This document shows, one piece after another, positions 34,942 to 45,000 of a stretch of 64,000 nucleotides of DNA; within the stretch, counting starts at the first letter, position 1, and each line of letters begins with the position of its first letter. Position numbers and translations under genes: made by a program. The stretch is from Kiritimatiellia bacterium (GTDB taxonomy: Bacteria; Verrucomicrobiota; Kiritimatiellia; RFP12; UBA1067): assembly GCA_017525225.1 (NCBI GenBank), contig JAFXTB010000178.1:9660-73659 (forward strand), in the 5' to 3' direction. The notes under the pieces are model-generated. The model had not been told where the DNA came from, searched no databases, and was given only the letters and a program-made list of their open reading frames with translations.

Positions 34942-37900
34942 TCAGCGCGCAGGAATCGCAGTGCCGTAGCGCTTCACGAAATCGATGCGCGCGAACGCCT
35001 TGTCGGGCTCGTCGCAGGCAAACGACGCCTTCTTCGCTCCGGATAGCGCCGCGAACGGCTCGATCTCGCCAGTCCTGGCGATGCCGGCGTCGGCACCACG
35101 CCGACGCAGCTGCCAGCGTCTGCCATCGCGGCAGGTGAGATACTCCTTCGGGCCGAGCGCGAACGGGAAGTTGCGCGTCTCGTCGCCCACGGAGACCTTG
35201 AACGGGGCGGTCGGGCCGTACACCTCGAAGCCCACAGTCGCGGATTCGCCCGGACGCGCCACCAGCTCGCCCAGATCGTCAAAGCCGCTTGCAGGCGCGT
35301 ACCAGCGCGGCTCTACGGCCTCGTAGGCAAGCCTTGGCTCGGAGCGTGCCGTCATTCCGGGCTTGAGCGCATCGATCTTCTCCCTAAGCGCGAAGGCCGT
35401 CACACGGACGCGCGCAAACGCATCCGAGGAGGTCGTAGCCGAAAAGGCGAAAGCGTTCGCGCCCGGCTTTAGAGAGGGCGTCTCGCCGCGCGCCCGTTCG
35501 ATAGGCCGGCCCATGCGGTCATAGCGCGTCCACCACCCGTTCTCGAACTCCGCGAAATTCCTGGGCGCCATCTTGAACGGGATGTGGAAATCGGCGCCGC
35601 CAACCGAAACGACGGCCCCCTTCGCCATCAGTACGCCGCCCCTGACCGGCAGCATCCTTACGGCGCCGACCTCAACGCACGTCTTCCCGCCCGCAGGTAT
35701 CTCGTTAATGTAGAGGTTGACGGAGGAGACGTTCTTGACGCTGACGCGCGAAAGCGGATAGTCGATCGCCCCGCCCCGCATGTACGGCCAGACATGGTCG
35801 TCGTAGTTCGAATCGCGCTCGCGCAGGCAGAACTCGAAGTAGCGCCAGCCCGTGAAGTCGAGCTTCGCGTAGTGCTCGGACCGGCCCGAGGAATGTTCGC
35901 GCGGGCACTCCAGCTGCACGTTGAGAAGCGCACCCGAGCCATCGCCCTTCACCCACACGCCAAAGGCGTGGTGCGTATCGGGCAGGACGAAATACGGCGC
36001 CTTGTAGGTCTGGGAGACGCGGCTCCACGCGCCCGTGGGCGTTGCGCTGGAGTTCGTCGCCTCGATCCGCACGACGGGGCCGCGCTCGGCGTCGGACGCG
36101 GCCGTCTTCGCCACGGTGACGCCCTTCGCCGCCTTCGCCTCGAACTCCGCCGCCTTCGTCGGATCGAGGATCGTCCGCGCCTTGGGATGGTCGAACCTCT
36201 CGGCGCACTCGAGCATCTCGACGCGCAGCGCGAGCGGCGCAGCGCCATCGGAATCCACGGTCCACTTCGATAGGTCGGCCGATGCGACGCGGTGCTGCGC
36301 GCATACAACCCGCTGCGCGCGCCAGACGCCGTCCGCATCCTGCCGGAGGCGGTACTCCTCGCGCGGACGGCGGAAGCGCGCAAGGGCGTCGTCGGTGAAG
36401 GCCCGCGCCACGCGGAAGCGCTCCCACCAGCCCAGCACGGTCAGATAGCGTACGACGGCGCTCGGCATGCTGTACAGCGGCACGTAGGCGTTGCCAGGAT
36501 CAACCGACATCGCGGTGTCGAACCCGGCGCACATGCGGCCAAGGTACTCATGGTCGTCGACGAAGTATCCGCTCGAGCGCGGATTGTCGAGAAGCGTGCA
36601 CCACCAGCCCATGTTGAGACGCAGGAAGTTTGCCTTCGGACCGTATGCCATGTAGCGCCCGAACCGGCGGTCGAGCGAACGCTTCGGCCCCCAGTAGACG
36701 TAGTCGTTGGCGCCTATGCGCGAATGCCACCACCACGTGGACGGTATCCACAGCGAGTCCTCGTACATGGGCGTCTTGCCGCTGTCGGCCGCAGCCTGCA
36801 GGATCATGCGCGCGAACTTGTCGGTCTTGCGCGGATCGCACGCGAGACCGTCGAGACCGTCAAGGTAGATCTGGTCGAAGCCGCACACGCCGAAGAGATC
36901 GCCCTGTATCTTCGCCATCTCCGCGCCGACGGGGCTGTCGGCGTCAGCAAGGAGCGAATAGAACCTCTGGCGCGGATATACGACGGGCTCCCCTGCGGCG
37001 TGCGGCTCCACCACCGTGCCGTACGCGCCGCGCTTTATGCCGGTGAAGGCGTAGGGGGGCGTCTGCGTGAAGCCGGTGTACTGGATCAGCTCGCCGCCGA
37101 TGCGCACCACGTTGCCGTTGCCGAGGTATGTCATCACTATGTCGTGCTGCGACCACGGCTTCTCCTTCACGACAAGCCGGTCCGTGCCCTTCTTATTGCC
37201 GTCAAGGGCCTCCGCAAGCGTGTAGCGCCGCATCTCCATAGTACCGTCGGTGCAGCGCGGCGCAATCCACGGATCCTTGAAGCTGATGCTCGCGGTGAGC
37301 GTGTGCACGTCGCACTTGAGACCCGCCGCATGTGCCTTGTCGGTGAGCGCCTTGAGGCCCGCCTTGCCTGTGGGGAAGAGGTTGGTGCGCACTTCGTAGT
37401 GCCCGAGCGACTGCCAGCACGAATCCACATGCAGCGTGCCGAAGCCGCCACGCAGGCACAGTTCCACCCAGTCGTCGCCCGTCGCGTCGGCAAGCCCGTA
37501 GCACATGAGGTACGAGCGGCGGCAGTCCTCGGACCCGAGCGACCATGCGCCGCCGTTCTGCGAATGGGGGATTCCCGAGTCGGCCGTCATGGCCTTCATG
37601 GCGTCAAGGAAGCGACCGCGAGGCCCGGCCACTACGGCGAAGCGCACCGCATCTAGCGCCACCTCGCCCGTGGAGGCGGTGCAGAGGATGCCTTCCGCCA
37701 TGTTGGCGATGAACACCCCGCCCTCGTTGTAGATACGCACGCATACCGCGGACGCATCGTCCGAAGCGGCGTTCACCAGCCTGCCCATGTACTTCGTGCA
37801 GACCGGCCTTATGCGCCCCAGCCTGAGCTGCCGGACATCCCGCACGTTGCAGCGAACCACCTCGAAGCGCCAGCCGCCCGCGAACCGCCGTACCGCGATC

Positions 37901-38184
37901 ACCACCTCGCCCGCATCGCCGAAGCCGAACACGAGCCTGCCCTCGGCGTCCTGCGCAAGCGAGACGGGCCTTATCTCGCGCCGCGCCCCTCCCTGCGGCA
38001 CGGCAACCGCCACCACGAACTCGGAAGGCTTCGCGACAAGCTCGCGCCCGGTGTCCCTTTCACGGATCGACACCACCTTGCCGGTGTCGTCGAATTCCAT
38101 GCGCACGAGCTCGTTTTCGAGCGACGGCGCCGCCAATAGCATACCTGCCGCCGCGATGGCGGCAAGGAAGATTCTTCCCTTCAT
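34942..38184 (-). CDS. Large secreted hypothetical protein (1,080 aa), glycosidase-like central region
   Basis: Signal peptide MKGRIFLAAIAAAGMLLAAPS. The long ORF has coding-like composition. The first about 25 nt of the gene and its upstream 31-nt leader are near-identical to those of the adjacent 1,266-aa gene. Confidence 0.6.
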   Translation of the reverse strand: MKGRIFLAAIAAAGMLLAAPSLENELVRMEFDDTGKVVSIRERDTGRELVAKPSEFVVAVAVPQGGARREIRPVSLAQDAEGRLVFGFGDAGEVVIAVRRFAGGWRFEVVRCNVRDVRQLRLGRIRPVCTKYMGRLVNAASDDASAVCVRIYNEGGVFIANMAEGILCTASTGEVALDAVRFAVVAGPRGRFLDAMKAMTADSGIPHSQNGGAWSLGSEDCRRSYLMCYGLADATGDDWVELCLRGGFGTLHVDSCWQSLGHYEVRTNLFPTGKAGLKALTDKAHAAGLKCDVHTLTASISFKDPWIAPRCTDGTMEMRRYTLAEALDGNKKGTDRLVVKEKPWSQHDIVMTYLGNGNVVRIGGELIQYTGFTQTPPYAFTGIKRGAYGTVVEPHAAGEPVVYPRQRFYSLLADADSPVGAEMAKIQGDLFGVCGFDQIYLDGLDGLACDPRKTDKFARMILQAAADSGKTPMYEDSLWIPSTWWWHSRIGANDYVYWGPKRSLDRRFGRYMAYGPKANFLRLNMGWWCTLLDNPRSSGYFVDDHEYLGRMCAGFDTAMSVDPGNAYVPLYSMPSAVVRYLTVLGWWERFRVARAFTDDALARFRRPREEYRLRQDADGVWRAQRVVCAQHRVASADLSKWTVDSDGAAPLALRVEMLECAERFDHPKARTILDPTKAAEFEAKAAKGVTVAKTAASDAERGPVVRIEATNSSATPTGAWSRVSQTYKAPYFVLPDTHHAFGVWVKGDGSGALLNVQLECPREHSSGRSEHYAKLDFTGWRYFEFCLRERDSNYDDHVWPYMRGGAIDYPLSRVSVKNVSSVNLYINEIPAGGKTCVEVGAVRMLPVRGGVLMAKGAVVSVGGADFHIPFKMAPRNFAEFENGWWTRYDRMGRPIERARGETPSLKPGANAFAFSATTSSDAFARVRVTAFALREKIDALKPGMTARSEPRLAYEAVEPRWYAPASGFDDLGELVARPGESATVGFEVYGPTAPFKVSVGDETRNFPFALGPKEYLTCRDGRRWQLRRRGADAGIARTGEIEPFAALSGAKKASFACDEPDKAFARIDFVKRYGTAIPAR

Positions 38185-38215
38185 GTTGTCCTGCCTGTCT
38201 TTCTCTTGTCTGATG

Positions 38216-41200
38216 TCATCTGAAGATTATCACGGTACCATTCACATAGTAGAGGCACAGATCGCCGTCCTCCAGCTTCAGGTTGGCGCTCCAGCCGGGC
38301 CTGAGCGTCGAGGTGTCAACCGACCAACCTGCGAGCGACTGGATATTCGCACCGGCAACAAGGACGTGCCGGCCGACGCGAAGCGCAGCGGGCATCCCGG
38401 TAAAGTGCACCGTGCCGCCGCGCGACATGTCAAAGGAGCCGGTGAACGCGACAGGCGTCGTGGAGCCGTCCGCCGCCACGGCCACATCCAGCGACGCGTT
38501 CGCGGCAAGGATCACAGAACCCTGGACCGTGCCGCCGCCAAGCGTGAGCGAAGACACCGTGACAGGTGCGCCGCCCTCGACGACCAGCGTTCCGCCGCCG
38601 GCGACGGTCAGTGCGCCTAGCGTCGCCGGACGGAATCCGGGCGTGTCCTCGTTGAACCATTTCTTGCGGAGATATGCCTCGATCTCGTACACACGGTTGG
38701 AAGGCAGGGCGTTGTCGCAGATTATCATCTCTGCGAACTGGCCGCCGCCCGTGAGATCGTACGAGCCGCTGTTGCGTGAAGACATCAGGCCATCAAGGCC
38801 GAAACCGTACAGGCTCGACATGGAAACAAGATCGTATGTTCCCGAAAGCCCCGTCGTCGTGGGATTGCAGGCCACCCCATTCAAGTTGAACACGTACGAC
38901 AGCAGCTGGTCGATGCCCATGTATGTCGCGTCGGTACGAATTATGAAGTCTGTCGCCAGGCTGCCGCAATACTCACCTGCACGCGTGATTCCGTAGCCTT
39001 TGTTCATGACCGTGTTGAGCGTCCCCAGAAGAGTGCCGCCACCGTTGGAGGAACCCCACACCGCGAACACGGTATGGTGGCCCTTCGTCTGGTCGATGCC
39101 CATGCTCGAAGAGTTTTTCTTCGATGCGTCGGAGTCCTTGGGATGGGCGTAGACCCTGCCAAAGTCCAGCACGGATCGTCCGTTCAAGGCGTTTTCCGCG
39201 ATGAACGGAAGATTCGTGGATTCGGAACGGAAGAGCGTGGCGTCATGTGCCGTTCCGCTTCCTTTCACGTCCTTCCAGCGCGTGACGGTGTTGACGCCGC
39301 GTACAGCATCGTATGAATAGTCGAAGTTGTCTAGGGAGGATGCATCGTAGCGTGCGAACACGGCATCGTTGGTCGTGAACTGCGGCGGAATGGTCATATC
39401 ACGCGAAACGATGCGCAGCGTGCCGCCCGAGACGGCCAGGGCGGCAGCCGGCACATACGCTTCACCCGCGACCTGAAGCGTGCCGCCACCCGTCTTGGCG
39501 ATCACAGCGGAAGGCAGGATTTCGGTCACGACGGCCGCACTGCCCTCGGGGATGTTCACGATGCCGCCCGAAACCTTGCCGAGCGTATCGCTGTATTTCG
39601 CCGCCGATTCGGACACGTCGGAACGAAGCCACTTGCGCATCAGGTAGCGCGTCACCTGCAGTCTCTCCACCTCGGTAAGCACGTTCGTATAGACTATGAT
39701 CTCGCCAACCGGCTTCTTCACCGTTGCCACGATGCCTTGGTTGCCGTAGGTGAGGTTGAAGAAGAATGCGTCGGCGGCCGGAGGCTTCACACCGGACGCA
39801 GTCTCCGCAAGCGACAACGCGGCCACCACCGGCACGAAACCGTCCGTGGTGATGCTCGTAGTGTACGGGAACTTCCCGGAAGTGGGGATGGCGTCGCGTC
39901 CGTTGACGCGGAACAATCCCTTGGTGATCTCAAGTACACTGCCGGCCCAGGAGAAATACGGTTGTGTGGACGAGTATCGTCCGAACAGGGTGATGTTTTC
40001 CCTGCCGCCGGCGGCGGTGAGGCGCCCACCCGACGTGGCGCCGAGGAAAGGAGCCGCGCCACTGTTGCAGCCATATACCTGGAACACCTCGCGCATGCCG
40101 GCCACCGGCCGGCTCCACACGAGTTCCTCCGTCAGCGCGACTGTGGGGGGTTGCTGGTAGCTCGCAGAGTAATAGCCGTTTGACGTCACCCCCTGCCCGT
40201 TTCCGTTGAAGTACACGTAATGCAGATCCTTCTCGCTGTTGTACTTCAATGCCGGACAGTAGGCGTCCTTGCTAGCGTTCGTGGCGAACATGTAACCGTC
40301 TCCATCGCCCGTCTTACGGATGTCGTCGGCGCGCGCAACGCCCTTCGCGCCACCATCCAGATCCACAAGCGTCAATTTGTTCGTATTCGAGAAGTCCACC
40401 CAGAACGCGGGATTTCCAGGCACCCCAGGCGCGGGCAGTTCCATCGAGATATCGGATTCGCCGCCACCAATCACCACTTCAACTCCGGGCGATATGGCAA
40501 TCCCCGTAAGATCTACGCGCCCAGGCACGTAGAGCCGTCCGGCGCCGGTGAGCGCCGCGCCAGGCTCGATCGAAAAGGCGAAGTTGGCCCTGAAACCCTG
40601 CGCAGGCACGCGGAATGTCGCGCCCGCCGCGATCGAGAGCGTCCCGATTTCGGCGATGTCCGCCCCCGCCGCGTCGTTTACGCCGAACGTGCCCTCCTTG
40701 ACGATTATCGAACCGGTGTTGCCGGCGGAATTCGTCATGCCTGCAAGAAGAGTACCACTCCCCGCCTTCGTTATCTTACCCTTCAGATCGTACAGCTGCT
40801 GGATGACGGCCTGCATGTCGCCTGTGACGGAAAGCCGCGACTCGGCGGTGGCGGTAGGCTGGTCCACAAGGGCGTAGGGAAGGCCAGGCCCTGCTTCGTT
40901 GGGCGAGCTGGAGAACAGGATGTCGCATGTCCCGAGCCGGAATGCCGCACTGAGCCGGACACTGCCGTTTTTTACGGTGTTTTGTTCGTGTATGACGAAC
41001 AGGCCGGGCTTGTAGGACGACGACGTACCGATGGTCGTGTGACGCTTCCATGTCCCTCCGTCGAGAGCAAGCGGGAAGATGTTGAACTTGTCCACCTCCA
41101 CTACGTATTCATCCTCGTCGCGGTGCTTGTTGACAAAGAAATTGAAATTATGGTCCACGGAGTTATTATGCCCGAACGTCCCGATCTCGCGCCTGGCGTG

Positions 41201-42016
41201 TACCTCCACGGAACCGAAGTTGAGACGGAACAGGCCTGTTGCCGTAGCGGGTTCCGAAAGCTCCATCCACAAGCTGTTATATATCCGCTTCACGAAGGTT
41301 CCAGGCTTTATCACGGAATCCGTCGTAGACGTCAGAGGCGCACCGACGACCCATGTGGTCAGGACCGCAAAACCACTCTTCGTCATTGCGAACCTGGAAC
41401 CTTCGGTAAGATAGAAGTCCCATCCGTTCAACGTCTTAATGTCCGCACTGTTCCTGCTCTTCGGTCCGTAGAACATGAGATCGTTGCGATACTGCAGAAT
41501 CTTGTCGATCTTGGAGAAAGTGCGCGTACCGCCAGATACGTCCGACCAGTAGTCGTCGTGGATAGCCACGTTGCCGCCATCATGGATTATGAACGAACTG
41601 CCCGCCGGACACGAAATCGGACCACGAAGATCGATTCCGCCAACAAAGGCGGTTTGGGCGGCAACCTCGAAAGGTCCGCAAATCACCATCTTCATCGTCT
41701 TCTTCTCGTGGCCGGTATGCGTAAGCGTCTCTTCGCTCCAATACCATGTGGAACCTGTACCCTTGATGGATTCCACCGTCACGGGATTGGCGTTCGTGAC
41801 GAACGTATTCACCGCGCTGCTCATGTCGACCGCCACATCCGCGCCGTTCGGCATTCCTGCCGGATCCCAGTTGCCGCTTGCCGCGAAGTCGAGACTGTTC
41901 GAGATAAGATTGGCCTCCCCCGTACCGGATGTGCCGCCGATCCATGTCTTGGGGGTGGTGGCGTATGCAGTGGTGAATGACACCGCAACGGCGGCAAGGA
42001 GAATTCTTACCTTCAT
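38216..42016 (-). CDS. Large secreted hypothetical protein, tandem paralog A (1,266 aa)
   Basis: Signal peptide MKVRILLAAVAVSFTTAYATT. About 60-70% identity by eye to paralog B over the full length, with near-identical central DNA segments. Confidence 0.75.
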   Translation of the reverse strand: MKVRILLAAVAVSFTTAYATTPKTWIGGTSGTGEANLISNSLDFAASGNWDPAGMPNGADVAVDMSSAVNTFVTNANPVTVESIKGTGSTWYWSEETLTHTGHEKKTMKMVICGPFEVAAQTAFVGGIDLRGPISCPAGSSFIIHDGGNVAIHDDYWSDVSGGTRTFSKIDKILQYRNDLMFYGPKSRNSADIKTLNGWDFYLTEGSRFAMTKSGFAVLTTWVVGAPLTSTTDSVIKPGTFVKRIYNSLWMELSEPATATGLFRLNFGSVEVHARREIGTFGHNNSVDHNFNFFVNKHRDEDEYVVEVDKFNIFPLALDGGTWKRHTTIGTSSSYKPGLFVIHEQNTVKNGSVRLSAAFRLGTCDILFSSSPNEAGPGLPYALVDQPTATAESRLSVTGDMQAVIQQLYDLKGKITKAGSGTLLAGMTNSAGNTGSIIVKEGTFGVNDAAGADIAEIGTLSIAAGATFRVPAQGFRANFAFSIEPGAALTGAGRLYVPGRVDLTGIAISPGVEVVIGGGESDISMELPAPGVPGNPAFWVDFSNTNKLTLVDLDGGAKGVARADDIRKTGDGDGYMFATNASKDAYCPALKYNSEKDLHYVYFNGNGQGVTSNGYYSASYQQPPTVALTEELVWSRPVAGMREVFQVYGCNSGAAPFLGATSGGRLTAAGGRENITLFGRYSSTQPYFSWAGSVLEITKGLFRVNGRDAIPTSGKFPYTTSITTDGFVPVVAALSLAETASGVKPPAADAFFFNLTYGNQGIVATVKKPVGEIIVYTNVLTEVERLQVTRYLMRKWLRSDVSESAAKYSDTLGKVSGGIVNIPEGSAAVVTEILPSAVIAKTGGGTLQVAGEAYVPAAALAVSGGTLRIVSRDMTIPPQFTTNDAVFARYDASSLDNFDYSYDAVRGVNTVTRWKDVKGSGTAHDATLFRSESTNLPFIAENALNGRSVLDFGRVYAHPKDSDASKKNSSSMGIDQTKGHHTVFAVWGSSNGGGTLLGTLNTVMNKGYGITRAGEYCGSLATDFIIRTDATYMGIDQLLSYVFNLNGVACNPTTTGLSGTYDLVSMSSLYGFGLDGLMSSRNSGSYDLTGGGQFAEMIICDNALPSNRVYEIEAYLRKKWFNEDTPGFRPATLGALTVAGGGTLVVEGGAPVTVSSLTLGGGTVQGSVILAANASLDVAVAADGSTTPVAFTGSFDMSRGGTVHFTGMPAALRVGRHVLVAGANIQSLAGWSVDTSTLRPGWSANLKLEDGDLCLYYVNGTVIIFR

Positions 42017-42047
42017 GTTGTCCTACCTGCCTTTCTCTTGTCTGATG

Positions 42048-45000
42048 TCATCTGAAGTTGATCACGATGCCGTTCGCATAGGAAATGTGCAGATCGCCGT
42101 CCACCAGCTTCAGGACGGCGCTCCAGCCGGGCCGGAGCGTCGAGGTGTCGACCGACCAGCCCGCGAGCGACTGGATGTTCGCACCGGTCACAAGGACGTG
42201 ATGTCCGGCGCGGAGCGCGGCCGGCGTGCCGGTGAAGCGCACCGTGCCGCCACGCGACATGTCGAAGGAGCCGGTGATCGCGACAGGCGTCGTGGAGCCG
42301 TCCGCCGCCACGGCCACCTCCAGCGTCGCGCCGGAAGCCGTCACCACGTCGCCCTGGATCGTACCGCCGCAGACGAGCGTGGACACCGTGAGGGCGGCCC
42401 CGCCCTCGACTACGAGAGTCGCACCGTCCGCCACCACGAGCCGTCCGAGCGTCGCCGGACGGAACCCCGGCGTATCGGCGCCAAACCACTTCTTGCGCAG
42501 ATACGCCTCGATCTCGCACACCCGGTTGGACGGCAGCGCATTGTCGAATATCATCATCTCCGCGAGCTGCCCGCCGCCGGTGAAGTCGGTTGTGCCGTCG
42601 GTGGTGAACATCAACCCCTCGACGCCGAAGCCACTCAGCGTCGAGAAGGAGACGATGTCGTAGCCGCCGGAGAGCCCCTGCGCCGTCGGATTGCATCCGA
42701 CGCCGTTGAGGTTGAAGGCGTACGTGCCTGGCGTCGACAGCAGCAGGTACGAGTCGCCGCGAGAGATCGCATCCGCCGCCAGCCCGCCGTGGGTGCCGCC
42801 GCGAGAGATGCCGTAGCCGTTGTTCCAGTACGTGTAGAACGCGCCCAGCAGGTTGCCGCCGCCGTTTGCGGATCCCCACACCGCGAGGACGGTGCGGTGC
42901 CCCTTCTTTTGCACGATGTTCATGCCAGAGTCGGACTTCTTGGCGGCCTCGGAATTGTGGGCGTTGCTGTAGAACGGGCCGAAGTCCAGCACGGACAGCC
43001 CGTTGAGGGCGTTCTCGGCGATGAACGGCCGGTTCGTGGAATCATCGTGGAACAGGAAGGCCGGGCGCTCCGTGCCGCCGTTCTTGATGTCGTGCCAGCG
43101 AGTGACCGTCTTGACGCCCCGTTCGGCGTCGTATGAATAGTCGAAGTTGTCGAGGGAAGACGCGTCGTAGTGCGCGAAGAGGGCGTCGTCCGCCGTGAAC
43201 GCCGGCGCCTGCGCCATGTCGCGCGAACGTACGCGCATCGTGCCGCCCGACACCACAAGGACGCTGCCGGGCGCATACGCCTTGTCCACGTAGAGCGTGC
43301 CGTCCCCGGTCTTGCCGAATGTCACCCCGGGCGAAATGTAATCCACCTGGCTTACGCTTCCGGCAGGGACGTTTATCGTGCCGCCCGACACCGTGCCCAG
43401 CGTATCGCTGAACCTGTACGGCTGCTCCGACACATCCGTCGCCAGCCACTTCCTCATCAGGTACCGCGTCACCTGCAGCCTCTCCACCTCTGTAAGCACG
43501 TTCGTGTAGACGATCAGCTCGCCAAGGGGCTTTTTCACCAGCGCCGTTGCATTCTGATCGCTATATGCTGGATTGAAGAAGAACGAATCCGCCGTCGGCT
43601 TTCCACCCGAAGGCCAATCCAGAATCGACATCGCCGCCACCATGGGCATGAAATAGCCCGTATCCACGGTTGTCGTGTACGGAGGCTTTTCGACGGTCAT
43701 GGCGACAGGCCGGTTGTTGACGCGGAACGTCGCGTTGGCGAGCAGCTTGTCCGGCTGCCACGAGAAATAGGCCTCCGCTGTTGAATAGCGCCCGAACACG
43801 AAGGAGTCACTGTCGATGCCGCCTGCATCGACGATGCGGGCACGGGAGGAATGGCCGAGGAACGGCCCCGGGCCGCCGTTGCAGCCGTACACCTGGAACG
43901 CCTCGCGGATGTAAGTGACCGGCTTGCTCCAGACGAGCTCGTCGGTAAGGCCGATCTTCCTGTCGGGGTTGGCCGTCACGCCAGCGCCGCGACCCGCGAA
44001 ATACGCGTAGTGCAGATCCTTGTCGGCGTTGTACTTGAGGAGCGGCCAGTAGGTATCCTTCGCCACGTTCGTGGCGAAGATGTAGCCGTCCCCTGCACCC
44101 GTGCTGCGCACGTCGTCGATGCGCTCGATGCCGATGCCGCCGCCTGCAATCTCAACGAGCGTCATCTTGTTCGTCTGGGAGAAGTCCACCCAGAACGCGG
44201 GATTGCCGGGCACCGCAGGCACGGGCAGTCCCGTGGGGAGGGATGTTTCGCCGCCACCTATCACCACCTCCACGCCGGGCGCGATGTCCACACCAGTCAG
44301 CTTCACGCGCGCCGGCACGTAGAGCCGTCCAGTACCGGCGAGCGCCGCGCCGGGTTCGATCGAGAAGGACGTGGTGGCGCGAAACCCCTGCACCGGCACG
44401 CGGAGCGTCGCCCCCGCGGCGACCGAAAGTCTCCCAATTTGGGCGATGTCTGCCTCCGCATCGTCGTTCACGCCGAATGTACCCTCCTTGACGACTATTG
44501 AACCAGTGTTGCCGACGGAATTCGTCATGCCTACGAGAAGAGTACCGCTTCCCGCCTTCGTTATCGTGCCCTTCAGATCGTACAGCTGCTGGACGACGGC
44601 CTGCATTTCGCCGGTGACGGAAAGCTGCGATTCGGCGGTGGCGGTAGGCTGGTCCACAAGGGCGTAGGGAAGGCCAGGCCCTGCGGCGTTGGGCGAGCTG
44701 GAGAACAGGATGTCGCATGTCCCGAGCCGGAATGCCGCACTGGTCCGGACACCGTTGACGTTTACGGTGTTTTGTTCATGTATGACGAACCGACCGGGTT
44801 TCCAGGCGGATGACGACGTGCCGATGGTCGTACGACGCAGCTTCGTCCCTGCGTCAAGCGGATAGATGGCGAATTTGTCCACCTCCACTGCATATTCATC
44901 CTCGTCGCGGTACTTGTTGATAATGAACTCAAAGTCATGGTCTGTGGAGCCATTGTGCCCGAAAGTCCCGATCTCACGCCTGGCGTGTACCTCCACGTTG

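Noticed and set aside
35705-37656. Several 100-450-aa ORFs on both strands inside the 1,080-aa gene (e.g. 36292-37656 plus)
   Set aside because: High-GC antisense artefacts. The long minus-strand frame has a signal peptide and balanced composition.
40220-43136. 586-aa and 521-aa plus-strand ORFs inside the tandem paralogs
   Set aside because: Antisense frames that are Arg/Gly/Val-rich. The same spurious ORF appears in both copies because the DNA is duplicated.
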